A stretch of DNA of 64,000 bases from Felis catus (Eukaryota): positions 238,268,001 to 238,332,000 of the forward strand of contig NC_058368.1 of the NCBI RefSeq assembly GCF_018350175.1, in the 5' to 3' direction. A model generated the notes under the pieces. The model did not search any database, was not told the DNA's origin, and saw only the letters and a list, made by a program, of their open reading frames with translations. The translations under genes and the position numbers were made by a program. This document shows positions 62,041 to 64,000 of this stretch, in pieces (the first letter of the stretch is position 1; every line of letters begins with the position of its first letter).

Positions 62041-62616
62041 ATGTAGGGATAAGAGCTGTTTGTAACATTCGCTTATTGTCCAGTTAACATTTGTAGGCTC
62101 TGTAGTGATGCCACCTGTCTCCTTCCCGGTGGTATCCCTGTTTCTCCCAGTCAGTCCTGGCCCTTGCTCTTCTCACAGATTATCTCAGTGGGTTGACAGC
62201 CTATTGACCCATGAATTGAGTAATAAATTGGTAAAAGTTAGCAATGTGTTTGCTGGGCACCCAAAGATTCCAAAAGAGAAACTGAGGGTCCTGTCTTGAC
62301 TGGTAATCACTCTTCTCGGTGGACTCACGACACACTAATTTTCAGGTGTCATGAAACAGCTCCATGTCGAAAGGACTCATTATAAAGAAACAAGGCTGCG
62401 GGAGACGGTGGTATGGTAGACAGGGGAGGAAAGCCGCCTATACCTGGTGACAGGATGTCCAGCCTCCCAGCGGGGTGAGGGTGGAGGCCGTCAGGACAGG
62501 TTGAGGACCCATCCGTATCATCTGTGAAGCACACACTCGAAAGCTGTTAACAACACAGCTCACAGCGGCACGAGGCCGTGGTCTCAGCTCATCTGCCACG
62601 GGCAACTCTTGACTTG

Positions 62617-62800
62617 GAGGCGGGGTGGGCCCAGGTTTCTCAGGGCTTGAAACTTACACATTTTGGGCCCCTCTTCAAGATGAAGCACTGAAAACTATGA
62701 ACGGAACATTAGGGACTGCCTTGGAAGGGGCCGTGAGAGTGGGGGTCCTGAAGCTTGAACCAGACTGGAACCAGACTGGCTTCCTGGCAAATCCACGTGC
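62617..62800 (+). mobile_element. hAT-Tip100 (Zaphod/MER115-related) MITE-like remnant
   Basis: ccaggtttctcagggcttgaaacttacacattttgggcccctctt...ccttggaaggggcc...cctgaagctt...aaatccac; exact family uncertain. Confidence 0.65.
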
Positions 62801-64000
62801 AGGGGGAGCCAGGCGGCCCCTCTCCCTCATTGCTACTGCACACACAGGCATGCACACGCACCCAGCCACGCCGCATGGGAGTGAATAAGGTCGGCCTCCC
62901 TGCCTCCACGTAGAGCCGCGGTCATATTCTAGCATTCGGGCACGTCCATACCCTTCTCGAAGTCTGAGGAAAATACACATGCCAGGTTCTAACATCTTCC
63001 GGGACGCCCGACCCATTGAGACCAGCAGTTCTGCTCCCCCATGCTGCCCACACTGGGGGCCTTGCAAGCTGGGTTAGGGCTTCTCTACGGGTTGGTAGAA
63101 AGTGGACCGGAAAAGGGAATCGGAAGAAAGAAGACAGCCGAGGAGCAGTGGGAAGGCTGACCGGTTTTCCTCAAGTCCTTCCATGCGTCGTCACCCAGGG
63201 ACCGGAGGGCTGGCCTCACGTGCGTCTCAGGGAGCCACGGCCTGGCCACCCCAGTCCCCGAGGCCGCTAGGCTTTGCAGTGTTGATGCAGTGAGTGTTTA
63301 GATCCCCAAACTGGATGGATCCCCAGGTTAGGACAACACATCCTACATCCTGCAGAGAAAATGGCCTCCTGGCTTTGCTCTGAGAGAAGTTTCCGTGGAG
63401 GGACGGACGGAGAGAACGCAGAGCTCACAGACGAGCCAGGGGCCCCCAGGGGCTGACACGCTTCCCTCACTGAGCCTGTGGGTCCGTGGCTTCACAGGTC
63501 AGCCCAGATGCAGGGGCACCGCCTGGGCCGTGGGGGCGCGGGCTTGGTCCCTGGGCTTCGGGGACCTGAGACCAGTGAGTGACCAGTGACCCCAGCAGAC
63601 GGAGGTCAAGGCCCAAACCTTGCAGAGCCGTGTTCTGCTCTCTTGGCCAGTGTCTCTTCGTGAGGCTGCAGACACTCCCTCTAAGGGGCAGACTGCACGC
63701 ACTGGGCTGCGGGCACGCGGCCACAGGGGGTGAGGGGCCCTTGGGGGATCAGTGTCACTTTCATGGGCCACCCTGGGTCCCCTCAAGGGAGGTTAAACAC
63801 AGGTACAGTAAACCACACTGGAGGTGTGTGGGGAAAATCACTGCCCCCCAACAAAACGTTGTGATTCAGGGGCTGCACGGCATGGCCCCACGTGTCACCT
63901 GCAGAACCAGAGGGGACACAGGTCTCCAGGCTCTCAGGGCGCCCCCCGGAAGCCGTGCCGCTAAAAGCTTCCTGTGCGGCACCCGGCCGCTTGTCTGTGG

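Noticed and set aside
1..64000. A novel multi-gene system (defence island, operon, viral insertion)
   Set aside because: No gene-dense or non-mammalian segment is visible; the window is explained by mammalian repeats, simple repeats and non-coding unique DNA.

Overview
This is mammalian, non-coding genomic DNA, almost certainly from a felid: it carries many carnivore tRNA-derived CAN-SINEs, including a near-consensus feline-type copy at 57753-57981. I could not support any protein-coding gene, rRNA, tRNA or CRISPR array. The supplied ORFs are GC-composition artefacts, or SINE, L1 or simple-repeat remnants. About 1-53.5 kb is very GC- and CpG-rich (subtelomere-like) and holds decayed L1, L2, MIR, MaLR/ERVL LTRs, hAT MITEs, minisatellites and several short AT-rich islands dense in homeodomain/SOX/POU/PBX-HOX/MEIS-type motifs, which look like developmental enhancers. 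About 53.5-62 kb is an AT-rich, near full-length ancient L1 carrying eight later insertions. The most notable observations are strong A/T-to-G/C drift inside dateable repeats (consistent with GC-biased gene conversion), a tailless U2 snRNA retro-fragment with target-site duplications, palindromic transcription-factor motif pairs in the AT islands, and nested or inverted L1 structures. I see no evidence of a novel multi-gene biological system. Repeat family names come from my recall of consensus sequences, and boundaries are approximate.
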